From the NCBI GenBank assembly GCA_047947115.1, contig CP170459.1:3328001-3392000 (forward strand): a DNA stretch of 64,000 nt, given 5' to 3'. A program made the position numbers and the translations under genes. Positions 18,601 to 27,151 of this stretch are shown here, piece by piece. Under the pieces are notes generated by a model. That model was not told the DNA's origin and did not search any database. It saw only the letters and a list, made by a program, of their open reading frames with translations. The number at the start of each line of letters is the position of its first letter. The first letter of the stretch is position 1. This stretch comes from Verrucomicrobiota bacterium. Its GTDB lineage: Bacteria > Verrucomicrobiota > Verrucomicrobiia > Limisphaerales > AAA164-E04.

Positions 18601-19104
18601 GATTTCGCACAGCACGATGCCGTTCTTGTCGGATAGTTGCAGGCGCTCTTTTTTATGGTTCAATGTTCCCGTCCATGGCCCCCAGATGCGTGTGTGCGGG
18701 GGGATGGTATGAGCTTTTCGGAATGTTTCCGGTTCAGATTCGGTAAGGATGATCTGTTCAAAGGGACGGATAAAACTTGCGCGGGGCTCTTGGCGATCAA
18801 AGTCCGGAAAGGTGAATGTCAGGTCCCTGCCTTTTAATTCCCATTGAGCACAATCCATGGGGGTCGCAGTCAGGTTGGTGATCTCCACCCAGGCGGCTGC
18901 TTTCTCGTCCTGCGGGTGATACATGATTTCCGTGAAAATGACCTGATCCGCCATGAGGAGACCATTGGGCGTCAGGGCGCAACAAAGGAGCAGGCAAACA
19001 AGAAAGTTCCTTCCCGCCTTGTATGGACAACTTTGGCCGCTTCGTGTCATGTGCGTTTTCCTCCGGGGTCCTGCTCCATCCTGAAAACAGCGATTGGCCT
19101 CCAT
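15661..19104 (-). CDS. Secreted lamin-tail-domain protein with C-terminal CotH-family kinase domain
   Basis: LTD starts (FTEIMYHP, FLNEI, INEIMYDP...EFIELFN); CotH-like DWD...GKNAYFY and FLQWDADLSFG. Start 19104 or 19050. Confidence 0.85.
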   Translation of the reverse strand: MEANRCFQDGAGPRRKTHMTRSGQSCPYKAGRNFLVCLLLCCALTPNGLLMADQVIFTEIMYHPQDEKAAAWVEITNLTATPMDCAQWELKGRDLTFTFPDFDRQEPRASFIRPFEQIILTESEPETFRKAHTIPPHTRIWGPWTGTLNHKKERLQLSDKNGIVLCEIEFDNDPPWPIEAAGAGYSMVVRHPDRRINDGRNWKASKHPGGTPGAAPFPESGIAARGEIFLNEITRRHSDTLDIELFNNTDRILQLDELALSMGTKFQNALPIQGALSPFSFATFKLTMEKTSDQTFRIFLIHRNTGLVMDAQKLSVPDNASIQRFPDGGKQWFTTIDNTRNQPNIIQRSEDVVINEIMYDPPYGQPDLEFIELFNRGDRAIDLHGWKLAGGIEYTFPEGTSIEPGGFLVIADHPEALNTAHPDLNALGPMKGKLSNDGEHITLLDAQGNLADEIDYQTEGDWPTLAQGKGSSMELINPYMDNVHSSAWKDSRESRTTEFQSFSFSNRYFAHEQYWHPMDHQELHLYLVGESHVILQNIQLREKGSSKNLLEHPDRLSIEGDGSTGWLIQGNHADSYVENGRLHLISNGHGDNRANRAEIDITELKRNTDYELSFEARWVHGSPRLIARTWENSLSESILLSVPVDIGTPGKQNSRWHLDPPALVEALRQSPAVPAPGETLTIEADIGWHREPGLVNLVYRLDGDYKEPWKRAPMSPLAPGSPSSTALTTYQIQLENTYQQGELIQYYIETIPTKGPRTTLPRGAAAAPALCVFDGRPIPSDLRVVRLLISNNHLNAIYREQSEAYGFRYPRLSNQYFNATFISNERDIYTGAVLRPSGSPWTRRNSMDRGKWKLPNDRRFRDHGKFAFDNDPTRNGGAYRHHNRIARYRLYLLGHVSGQNEFVYVIINAGGIHVREDVEPVDSDYLNRNFKNGNEGELYRVDDDWWMSDHWSQQPRDASWHNFGPDHPAHYRHSWMKRSREEDDDYTAFIDFIQLINRPDYTQDKVEAILDSEAILKMTAVLGFIADWDTFTQSRGKNAYFYRRPNDHRFQFLQWDADLSFGTRPYNGFYGGSQQFKDWVNQPYNFPRLTQYLDQLVSFTYEPDSRMEAWMFEESQSNNPDTNMNNYFYRVFFQNRRSDVMQLKQTR

Positions 19105-20613
19105 TCAGGTCAGTGACGCTTTGGATTCTTTCGGATTGCGGCAAAGGATCAAGGACAAACCGACGGCAACTGTCAGGTTGGCGGCCAATCCAAAAAGGCC
19201 CTGGTGAAAGCCGGTTGATTTGATCCATGCGTTGCCATACAGCCCGAAGGTGACGACGAGTCCGGTTATCAATCCCCAGAAGACCGCTGTTCCGGTCAGA
19301 CGACGCCAGTGGAGCCCCAGCATGAATCCCGGAGCCAATTGAACAAGCATGTCGAATTTAAGGTCCAGCAGCTTGACCAGTGTGGGTTTGGTTTCCAGTG
19401 AATTCATGTAGATGGCGACCCCGGCGAGCAGAGCCACCACGATCCAGGAGAGCCATTTTCCGAGCTGGGTCAACCGTTCTTCGCTGGCATTTGGTTGGAT
19501 GAATCCCAAATAAATATCCTTGGTGACCATCGATGAAATGGTCAGCATGCAGGAATCGGCGGTGGACATCAGAGCACCCAGAATGGCCGAGAACAAAACC
19601 ACCACCAACCAATAACCCAGCAGGGAGGATTGCTGCACTTCACGACACAAGATGGTGAGGATGCGGTCGCTCTGCGCTCCATCCAGTCCCGGCACGTACG
19701 CTGCACCGGTGACACCCACCAGCACTGCTATCCAGGCTGTTGTGAGTGGCAAAAAAGCCATGAATATCAAACTGGTTCGTAAAGCTTTGGCGGATCGCGC
19801 GGCGTAGATCCTTTGAACGGCCTGAGGATAAAGAGAAGCACCCAGACCGAAAATGATGACATAACTGAGCCAGTTGCGAGCGCCCATTCCATCTGGTGGC
19901 AGCACTTTTGCCCGATCCGTGTCCGATCCGGCTAGCAGTTTTTGGGTGGTTTCAGCGATCCCTCCGTATTGGGTCCAGATGAGGATGATCAGGACCCCGA
20001 ATCCGATCATCAGGATGGTGCCTTGCAGCACATCCGTCCAGGCCACTGCGCGAAATCCGCCGAGTGTTTCGTAAACCACCATGATCAATGCCAATAGCAC
20101 GACTCCGACGATGTAGGCAGTTTCCGGCGGCATCGTGGTGAGCCCTTGCAGGGCGCGGCCCATGGCCATCAGTTGCGCCAGTAGATAATTGCCCAAAGCC
20201 AGGACCATCAGGATGGGGGCGACGATGTTAATCCCTTTGTGGCGGTACCGGTGGTTCAGGAAATCATTGGGTGTAATGAAACCGTGCCGATGGCTGAGGT
20301 GATGCAGTTGCGGGGCAAAAAGCAGGTAGCCCACTATGATGGCCGTCATGAAATGCACCGACGTGAGCCATGAAAATCCGATCCGGTAAGCTTTGCCGCT
20401 GAACCCGAACATGGTGTTACCGCTGTATTGGGTGGCATACAGGGTCAACAACAGCACCACAACGCCGACTCCCTTGCCGCCCAGATAAAAGTCGCGCAGG
20501 GAATTGTCCTCTCTTGCTCGGCGTCCCATCCAACCGATGCAGAGCAGTCCGAAGAGGTAAAAGGCGATGAAGGTGATCCCCCCCCATCCGAATGGCATCA
20601 CGCTGTCATTCAT
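19105..20613 (-). CDS. Sodium:solute symporter (SSS/SLC5 family)
   Basis: About 13 hydrophobic segments; DFYLGGK, ATQYSG, GGFRAVAWTDVLQG, ALMSTADS. Confidence 0.93.
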   Translation of the reverse strand: MNDSVMPFGWGGITFIAFYLFGLLCIGWMGRRAREDNSLRDFYLGGKGVGVVVLLLTLYATQYSGNTMFGFSGKAYRIGFSWLTSVHFMTAIIVGYLLFAPQLHHLSHRHGFITPNDFLNHRYRHKGINIVAPILMVLALGNYLLAQLMAMGRALQGLTTMPPETAYIVGVVLLALIMVVYETLGGFRAVAWTDVLQGTILMIGFGVLIILIWTQYGGIAETTQKLLAGSDTDRAKVLPPDGMGARNWLSYVIIFGLGASLYPQAVQRIYAARSAKALRTSLIFMAFLPLTTAWIAVLVGVTGAAYVPGLDGAQSDRILTILCREVQQSSLLGYWLVVVLFSAILGALMSTADSCMLTISSMVTKDIYLGFIQPNASEERLTQLGKWLSWIVVALLAGVAIYMNSLETKPTLVKLLDLKFDMLVQLAPGFMLGLHWRRLTGTAVFWGLITGLVVTFGLYGNAWIKSTGFHQGLFGLAANLTVAVGLSLILCRNPKESKASLT

Positions 20614-20891
20614 GAGGGATCCGAGCTTGGTTCATTGCCGTCCTCGCACTCTGAAGGCCAATGGGTCAGGATCAGCCAGGTGGTCAACAAGGAAGCGCCC
20701 AGAGATGCGAGTAGTGAAACACAAGTCCAGGCCGGCATTCCCAACAGTTGTGAGGCATGATCCTCAGGCCAGTACCAGGGAATGCCGATGACAGTCAACA
20801 CGGCATACATCGTCCAAATGCGCCAACAGAGAAATGTTTTCTGCCGTGTGCAACACTCGACTGCCGGTTTTTTAGCCGACAACTCAGCCAT
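20610..20891 (-). CDS. Small two-TM accessory protein of the SSS transporter (DUF997/DUF3311-like)
   Basis: GIPWYWP...LLGMPAW motif; stop overlaps the symporter start (ATGA). Confidence 0.75.
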   Translation of the reverse strand: MAELSAKKPAVECCTRQKTFLCWRIWTMYAVLTVIGIPWYWPEDHASQLLGMPAWTCVSLLASLGASLLTTWLILTHWPSECEDGNEPSSDPS

Positions 20892-20936
20892 ACCAGTTGA
20901 TGAATTTGTCCAATGTGACTTCGATACCAAAAGGTC

Positions 20937-21734
20937 TTATCTTGCCACCAGTTCCTGGAAGTCGGTGTCGGGTTTGTCGAGGTCCAGCTCTTTGATCCAG
21001 ATGTTGCGATAGCGCACGTCGTGGCCTTCACATTGGAGCTTCAATCCGCCGGGACGATCGGTGATGCCGAGACCGTCGTTGTTGCCGCCGTCGATACCGG
21101 AATTGGGGCCGCCCCAGACTTTGTTGATGGGGAAATTGGTGTGCACTTTCTGCCCGTTGAAGTACATGGTGACCATGGCTTTTTCGGTGCGTTTATTGCC
21201 GTCGAACCGTGCGGCCCGAAAGGTGATGTCGTAAGCGTTCCATTTACCGAGTCCGTTGTAGGCGTGGTAGGGGGATTCGCTCTCGTTGATCACTGCCGCC
21301 ATGCCGTGCTTGGTCTTGTCGCCGTCCAGAACTTGGATCTCGTATCGGTTCTGGAGATAGACTCCGCTGTTGCCGCCCTGGTTGGGGATGAGGAATTCGA
21401 TGTGCAAACGGAAGTCTCGAAATTTCTTTTTGGTGACTATGTCTGCCGTGCCGTACTTACCGCCAGCAGCGACAGGGTCGTCGGTCATCATTGCGGTGCC
21501 GGGATCCACCGGGTCATCGACGATTTTCCATTTGATGGGAAGGCTGGATGCAAAGCGGGGGCCTTCCCAATAGGTCCATTTTTCGTCCAGCATGGAGCGG
21601 CTTCCGTCAAAGTAGATTTCCGCGCCTGCAACAGGTTTGGCGCCCACGCCGATTTCGGCACGGGCCGAGGAGGAGAAGACTGACAAAAGGACGATGCAGA
21701 TCGCTGGTTTCCAAATCAAATAATGTGTTTTCAT
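20937..21734 (-). CDS. DUF1080 (3-keto-disaccharide hydrolase-like) secreted protein
   Basis: Signal peptide; FRDFRLHIEF, GNSGVYLQNRYEIQVLD, WNAYDITF, LQCEGHDVRYRNIWI. Confidence 0.9.
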   Translation of the reverse strand: MKTHYLIWKPAICIVLLSVFSSSARAEIGVGAKPVAGAEIYFDGSRSMLDEKWTYWEGPRFASSLPIKWKIVDDPVDPGTAMMTDDPVAAGGKYGTADIVTKKKFRDFRLHIEFLIPNQGGNSGVYLQNRYEIQVLDGDKTKHGMAAVINESESPYHAYNGLGKWNAYDITFRAARFDGNKRTEKAMVTMYFNGQKVHTNFPINKVWGGPNSGIDGGNNDGLGITDRPGGLKLQCEGHDVRYRNIWIKELDLDKPDTDFQELVAR

Positions 21735-21818
21735 AAGTTTGAGCGAAAAAATACTGAGGGCATCATTACGCTGAATGCGCCCGGCAGCAAGTAAGATTCT
21801 TGATCGCTGTTTGTGAGA

Positions 21819-21995
21819 CTAAAATTCGCCTCTAAGCACCAGAGCCTGACAGAAGACCAGATCGGCTCCTTTGGTCTGCATGCCCGGGATGCCGTGCAGT
21901 TCGTAGCCTTTTTTCAGCAGTTCGTTGACTTGGGATTCCAAATCATCACCTGAGTTGGTGACGATCATTTTGTATTCCTGGATTTTGTGACTCAT
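21819..21995 (-). CDS. Small DUF1737-like protein (58 aa)
   Basis: Hand translation: MSHKIQEYKMIVTNSGDDLESQVNELLKKGYELHGIPGMQTKGADLVFCQALVLRGEF. Pattern V-x-x-x-L-x-x-G-Y-x-L-x-G-x-P...QALV. Too short for the ORF track. Confidence 0.8.
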   Translation of the reverse strand: MSHKIQEYKMIVTNSGDDLESQVNELLKKGYELHGIPGMQTKGADLVFCQALVLRGEF

Positions 21996-22166
21996 GAGCT
22001 TGTGTGGGTTAACCGTGTCTCTCTTGCTTTAACAAATCCAACGGGGCATGTTTCAGGAAATCCTGTTGCCTAACCATTCCCCTTGTTTTGACGGATAGAA
22101 CAGTCCAGACTTGTTTGATCCTGATATTTTTCCTGAATGACTGCAGTATGCCCCTATTTGAGTGCA

Positions 22167-24473
22167 ATGAGCAAGTATTTCGTTAAGATGGTCCTTCTTC
22201 TGGCATGGTTGATCTTTTCGGGTTGTGACGCGCCTGTGCCTCCTCTGATCGAACGATCCGGCGGAGGCAAGCAGAATGCTGAAGCATGGCCTCTTTCTGT
22301 GGATCATGCTGCAAGACGCGCCGAATTGGATCGTGGCCCCCTGGTATCTGAAATGGAATCGGCGATATATGAACAATTCTTGAATGCCATTTGGGATGAT
22401 TTTAACCGGACGGTGGGACAATGGCAGACCTTTCGCTCGATACACATGCCTTCTCTCAGTTTCGGAACTTGGGGAATTTCACGGGAATTGGAACACCATA
22501 TTCAGCAGTCTGTCATGAACGATGCATCAAAAGTCCATTGGGGGGATGACCAATGGAAAGTCTGGTTGGATGAGCTGGAATCGAACAATATCCGGCTGGA
22601 ACAGATGCAGTGGCGTCATGTCGGGTTTGATCCATCGCAAAAGAACCGTCCTGTGTCTCGAGTGAGATTCGAATTTCACGCCCGCCGAAGCGAACCTCAT
22701 CGTCGCTGGATTTTGCGAGGTTTGCTTGGAGTGGCGTGGATTCCGCCTGTTGGCCAGGGAGCATTTCCCGAAGTATCCCGCGTCGAAGTGTTGGATGCGG
22801 AATTGTTGCAGCGCGAAGGTCTGCCTCCTTTTGAGCACGTCGTCGCGGCCGACATTTCTCCTGCCGATCAAGATTTGGTCCTGGAACCGAATTTACAGGC
22901 TGTGGATTTGAACGCAGACGGATTGTCCGAACTGATGGTGTCCCGCATCAATCGGGTGTTTTGGAACAGTGGGCAGGGGAAGTTCCGCACAGGCAGCATG
23001 GTCGAGTTTCCAATCGAGCATTTTCATCAGGGAGTGTTGGCTGATTTCAACGGGGATGGGTTGCTGGATTTTCTGGCGGTGTCAACTGAAGGACTGGGGC
23101 TTTACGCCGGTGACGGGAAAGGAGCCTTTTCCGAAGCCCCCATGCGACAAGCTCTTTTTGGGGATGCGCTCAAGAATCCTTTCGTTTTGACGGCCGGAGA
23201 TATCGATGGAGACGGGGATCTGGATGTTTGGCTTGGTCAATACAAAGTGCCTTATCAAAACGGTCAGATGCCAACTCCCTTTTATGACGCCAATGACGGT
23301 CACCCGTCCTTTTTGTTGCGGAACGACGGACTTGGGAGATTCACCGATATAACGTCCGGTTCCGGTTTGGAGGCGAAACGTTTTCGGCGCACTTACAGCG
23401 GTTCCCTCGTGGACCTGGATCAGGATCGTGATTTGGATCTTCTGGTTGTGAGCGATTTTGCAGGCGCGGATGTTTACCTCAATCAAGGAGACGGAACCTT
23501 TGAAGACGTCACCGCCCCCTGGCTGGGAGTAAGTCAGGGATTCGGGATGGCGCATGCCTTCGGGGATTGGAATGAGGATGGTTATCTGGATTTTTTAATG
23601 ATTGGGATGCATTCCTCCGCCGCCCAGCGCATGCAAACGCTTGGAATCCGGCTGACCCAAGACCCAAACGAAGTTTCCATGAAAGAGGCAATGTCCTTTG
23701 GTAACCGCGTGTTCTATGGTGCCCCAGATGGATTCAGTCAACAGGGCGGGTTTTCTCCCGTTCACCAAACCGGGTGGTCTTGGGGGGTGGCGAGTTTGGA
23801 CTTTGATTTGGATGGAGATGAGGACATTTACATCGTCAATGGGCATATATCCGGTGCCCGAACGCACGATTATGAAGCTGAATTCTGGCGCGAAGACCTA
23901 TTCATGGGGGATTCGCAGGATGACCCTGCTCTCAATGATTACATTGAATCCAAACAACTTCGTTATCAGCAATCCGGCGCGTCCTACGGGGGCTATGAGC
24001 GAAATCGTTTTTTCCTGAATCTTGATGGCAGGGAGTGGGTGGAAGTGGCTTATCTTTTCGGACTTTCGATGGGAGAAGACTGTCGAAATGTGGTGAGCGC
24101 TGATCTGGACGGGAACGGATTGCCGGATTTGGCCGTGACCACCTTCGAGCTATGGCCAGATGAAAAACAGGTCCTCCATTTGTTTCCGAATTTCTATCAA
24201 TCAGAGCATGAGTGGGTTGGGGTGAATCTGCTGCACGATAAAGAATTTCCGCCATTGATGGGGGCGCAGTTGAAGATTGAGACCAACCGGCGTGTACATA
24301 CGCATCACATTGTCTCAGGAGATGGGTATCGTACCCAGTCACCTTATCAGTATGTCCTTGGATTGAGAGATTCAGAGCATGTTCAAACAATGGTTGTGGA
24401 ATGGCCGAACGGTCAATCAGTTGCTGTAGATCGTGTGAAAGTTAATGAATATAATGTGGTTGGGACGAAATGA
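22167..24473 (+). CDS. Lipoprotein with FG-GAP repeats and ASPIC/UnbV domain (CRTAC1 family)
   Basis: Lipobox-like IFSG-C; DFNGDGLLD, DIDGDGDLD, DFDLDGDED; C-terminal SGDGYRTQS...VEWPNG. Confidence 0.9.
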   Translation: MSKYFVKMVLLLAWLIFSGCDAPVPPLIERSGGGKQNAEAWPLSVDHAARRAELDRGPLVSEMESAIYEQFLNAIWDDFNRTVGQWQTFRSIHMPSLSFGTWGISRELEHHIQQSVMNDASKVHWGDDQWKVWLDELESNNIRLEQMQWRHVGFDPSQKNRPVSRVRFEFHARRSEPHRRWILRGLLGVAWIPPVGQGAFPEVSRVEVLDAELLQREGLPPFEHVVAADISPADQDLVLEPNLQAVDLNADGLSELMVSRINRVFWNSGQGKFRTGSMVEFPIEHFHQGVLADFNGDGLLDFLAVSTEGLGLYAGDGKGAFSEAPMRQALFGDALKNPFVLTAGDIDGDGDLDVWLGQYKVPYQNGQMPTPFYDANDGHPSFLLRNDGLGRFTDITSGSGLEAKRFRRTYSGSLVDLDQDRDLDLLVVSDFAGADVYLNQGDGTFEDVTAPWLGVSQGFGMAHAFGDWNEDGYLDFLMIGMHSSAAQRMQTLGIRLTQDPNEVSMKEAMSFGNRVFYGAPDGFSQQGGFSPVHQTGWSWGVASLDFDLDGDEDIYIVNGHISGARTHDYEAEFWREDLFMGDSQDDPALNDYIESKQLRYQQSGASYGGYERNRFFLNLDGREWVEVAYLFGLSMGEDCRNVVSADLDGNGLPDLAVTTFELWPDEKQVLHLFPNFYQSEHEWVGVNLLHDKEFPPLMGAQLKIETNRRVHTHHIVSGDGYRTQSPYQYVLGLRDSEHVQTMVVEWPNGQSVAVDRVKVNEYNVVGTK

Positions 24474-24642
24474 ATGTCTGAGCCCGCTCGATTTGGTAAG
24501 GGGTTTATCGTGGACGGAGCCGAGTTCAGAAATCGGGTTGATAGCCGCGTGACTGTGACTGAAGCCGGTGGAGATGCGCTTGAAAGGGGTTTCAAATAAA
24601 ATGACGCTTTCCTTCGGTATGCCAGATGGTAAGATCCTGTGC

Positions 24643-25893
24643 ATGACAGAGGTTGCAGCAACCAAACCCAAAAAGATCAATTTACGACGTCCGGACGTTA
24701 TGAAAGAGGTGCAGGCGGAAGTGGTGACCCATTACCGAAGCACCTTGGTGGAATACATTCGAGAACATGACAATCGGGTGGTGGTCCCTGGTCGGATGAC
24801 CATTCGTCTGGCAAAGCAATTTGGCTTTTGTTACGGGGTGGAGCGGGCGATTGATCTTGCTTACGCGGCTCGGAAGGTGTTTCCGGAGCCCAAACGGATC
24901 TTTTTGCTGGGCGAAATTATTCATAATCCCGAGGTTAATGAGCAGATAGAGCAAATGGGCATCCGGGCCATTGCCAGTCGTCCATCGCAGGAGGAATTGG
25001 AGGATTTGACGGCGGATGATGTTGTGATCATTCCCGCTTTTGGCACCGAAGTCAGCACGCGTCAGGCCATTCAGGAAAAGGGGTGCTTGATGGTGGACAC
25101 AACCTGCGGGGATGTGATGAGCGTCTGGAAACGTGTGAAGCAATATTCCAAGGACCAGGTCACCAGTATCATTCATGGAAAGGCCTGGCATGAAGAGACC
25201 AAGGCGACCAGTTCCCAGGCCACGGCTGCCAATGGACATTATCTGGTGGTCTTTACCCTCGAGGAAACAGAGCGCATCTGTGATTACATTTTGAATGGAG
25301 GCGACAAGGAAGCCTTTCTGGAATCGTTCAAAGGAGCTTATTCGGATGGGTTTGATCCTGATGTTCATCTCAATGCGGTGGGAGTGGCCAATCAGACCAC
25401 CATGTTGCGAGGGGAGACAGAAGAGGTGCAGCGACGATTGAAAGACGCTCTCGAAAAAAAATACGGAACCAAGGATCTGGATCAACACTTCCGTTACTTT
25501 GATACCATCTGCAGCGCGACGCAGGATCGTCAGGATGCATTAGGCAAATTGTTGAAAGAGCCCATGGATCTTTTGATTGTGGTGGGTGGATACAACTCCA
25601 GCAATACGTCTCATCTGGCTGAAATGGGTGAGGCCAAGCTGCCTACCTATTTTATTAAGAATGCCGCCAAGATGGAATCGGCAGAAGTGATCAGTCATTT
25701 CAATCAGCACAAACAGGAAGAATTGAGGACCAGAAACTGGCTGCCAGAGGGCGACATCGTCATCGGCATCACGGCAGGCGCCAGTTGTCCGAACAATTTG
25801 ATTGAAGATGCGATTCGACGATTGTTTGAGTTGAAATCGGTGCCTCTTGCAATGGCGTTTCCCGAGGAAGTGATCAGCATTTCCAAGCCTTGA
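24643..25893 (+). CDS. ispH: 4-hydroxy-3-methylbut-2-enyl diphosphate reductase
   Basis: GFCYGVERA, IIHN, DTTC, QTT, DTICSATQDRQ, SSNT, TAGASCP. Confidence 0.96.
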   Translation: MTEVAATKPKKINLRRPDVMKEVQAEVVTHYRSTLVEYIREHDNRVVVPGRMTIRLAKQFGFCYGVERAIDLAYAARKVFPEPKRIFLLGEIIHNPEVNEQIEQMGIRAIASRPSQEELEDLTADDVVIIPAFGTEVSTRQAIQEKGCLMVDTTCGDVMSVWKRVKQYSKDQVTSIIHGKAWHEETKATSSQATAANGHYLVVFTLEETERICDYILNGGDKEAFLESFKGAYSDGFDPDVHLNAVGVANQTTMLRGETEEVQRRLKDALEKKYGTKDLDQHFRYFDTICSATQDRQDALGKLLKEPMDLLIVVGGYNSSNTSHLAEMGEAKLPTYFIKNAAKMESAEVISHFNQHKQEELRTRNWLPEGDIVIGITAGASCPNNLIEDAIRRLFELKSVPLAMAFPEEVISISKP

Positions 25894-25898
25894 TCCCT

Positions 25899-27137
25899 AT
25901 GCCCTGTGATCGGCTGGAATTGGAAAAACGGGAGCAAGGGATTCTTGCTCCGTATGCGCAGCTCAGTTGCGAAAGTCTGGGGCGTGTCCATCCCGAGGAT
26001 TCGCCGGAGTGGCGTACCGAGTTTCAACGCGATCGGGATCGAGTGATCCATTCGCGTGCGTTTCGTCGTCTGGAATACAAGACCCAGGTATTTCTGAACG
26101 GAACGGGGGATCACCTGCGGACCCGCCTCACCCATACGATGGAAGTCGCCGGTATTGCCCGGAATATTGCCCGAGCCTTGCGGCTGAACGAGGATCTATG
26201 CGAGACAGTGGCTTTGGCGCATGATCTGGGCCATGCTCCCTTCGGGCACAAGGGGGAGGAAGCGTTGAACCAATTGATGATCGATCACGGCGGTTTTGAA
26301 CACAATGTGCAGAGCCTCCGAATCGTCGAAGAGCTGGAACAAAAGTATCCGGGTTTTCCCGGTCTCAACCTTACCTGGGAAACCAGAGAAGGCCTGGCCA
26401 AACACTACCTGTTCAAGGGAGGAGTCAAACCTGAGATGACCGGCTCTTTCAAACAACCTTCCCTTGAAGCACAGGTGGCTAATCTGGCGGATGAGATCGC
26501 TTATTACAGCCATGATCTGGACGACGGTTTGGAATCCGGTCTGATTAACGAATCCCATCTCAATCAACACGTGGAAATCTGGAGACTCTCCTGTGATCAG
26601 GTGCAAAAGCACACCTCTTCGCTCAGTAAGGAGGGGCGGCGATATTTCGTGATCCGGTGTTTGATTGATGACATGGCAAAAGATGTGGTGTTGACGACCG
26701 AGCAACGCATTGAAGCGTCCGGTGTTCGGCATGCCAACGAAGTCAGATGCCTGACTGGAAAACTGGTGGATTACAGCTTTGAGCGCAAGCGCTGGAATGC
26801 CGAGTTGCGCGAATATCTTTACCGAAACCTTTATTACAACCCCATCGTACATGAACCCAATTTGAAGGCGGTTCGGATGTTGGTTCCTTTGTTTCATTAT
26901 TACATGGAACATCCGGATCAAATGGGGGCACAATTCGGCAGGCAGGATGTGGAGCAGGGGCGTCCGCGGGCGGTCTGCAATTACCTTGCGGGCATGACCG
27001 ATCGTTTTGTCATGCTTGAATGTCAGCGCCTCTTTGGTGCCGAGACCGAGCAGGGGGAAGGGGTGGGGGGATTGCCCCATCCGGTTGAGACTCTCAAATC
27101 TAAACAGGCAACGCACAGTGGCAATCAGCCATCTTAG
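25899..27137 (+). CDS. dgt: Deoxyguanosinetriphosphate triphosphohydrolase (HD domain)
   Basis: RTEFQRDRDRVIHSRAFRRLEYKTQVF, RTRLTHTMEV, HDLGHAPFGH, AGMTD. Confidence 0.93.
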   Translation: MPCDRLELEKREQGILAPYAQLSCESLGRVHPEDSPEWRTEFQRDRDRVIHSRAFRRLEYKTQVFLNGTGDHLRTRLTHTMEVAGIARNIARALRLNEDLCETVALAHDLGHAPFGHKGEEALNQLMIDHGGFEHNVQSLRIVEELEQKYPGFPGLNLTWETREGLAKHYLFKGGVKPEMTGSFKQPSLEAQVANLADEIAYYSHDLDDGLESGLINESHLNQHVEIWRLSCDQVQKHTSSLSKEGRRYFVIRCLIDDMAKDVVLTTEQRIEASGVRHANEVRCLTGKLVDYSFERKRWNAELREYLYRNLYYNPIVHEPNLKAVRMLVPLFHYYMEHPDQMGAQFGRQDVEQGRPRAVCNYLAGMTDRFVMLECQRLFGAETEQGEGVGGLPHPVETLKSKQATHSGNQPS

Positions 27138-27151
27138 AACGATGAACAAAA

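Noticed and set aside
15661..19104. Sporulation function for the CotH proteins
   Set aside because: No sporulation genes are present, and CotH-LTD fusions are widespread in non-sporulating bacteria.
19105..20613. Naming the symporter panF (pantothenate uptake) because coaX and coaC are in the window
   Set aside because: SSS substrate cannot be read from these motifs, and the coa genes are more than 20 kb away.
25899..27137. dGTPase as an anti-phage defence system
   Set aside because: It is the short housekeeping-type protein in an operon with ispH, with no defence-island context.
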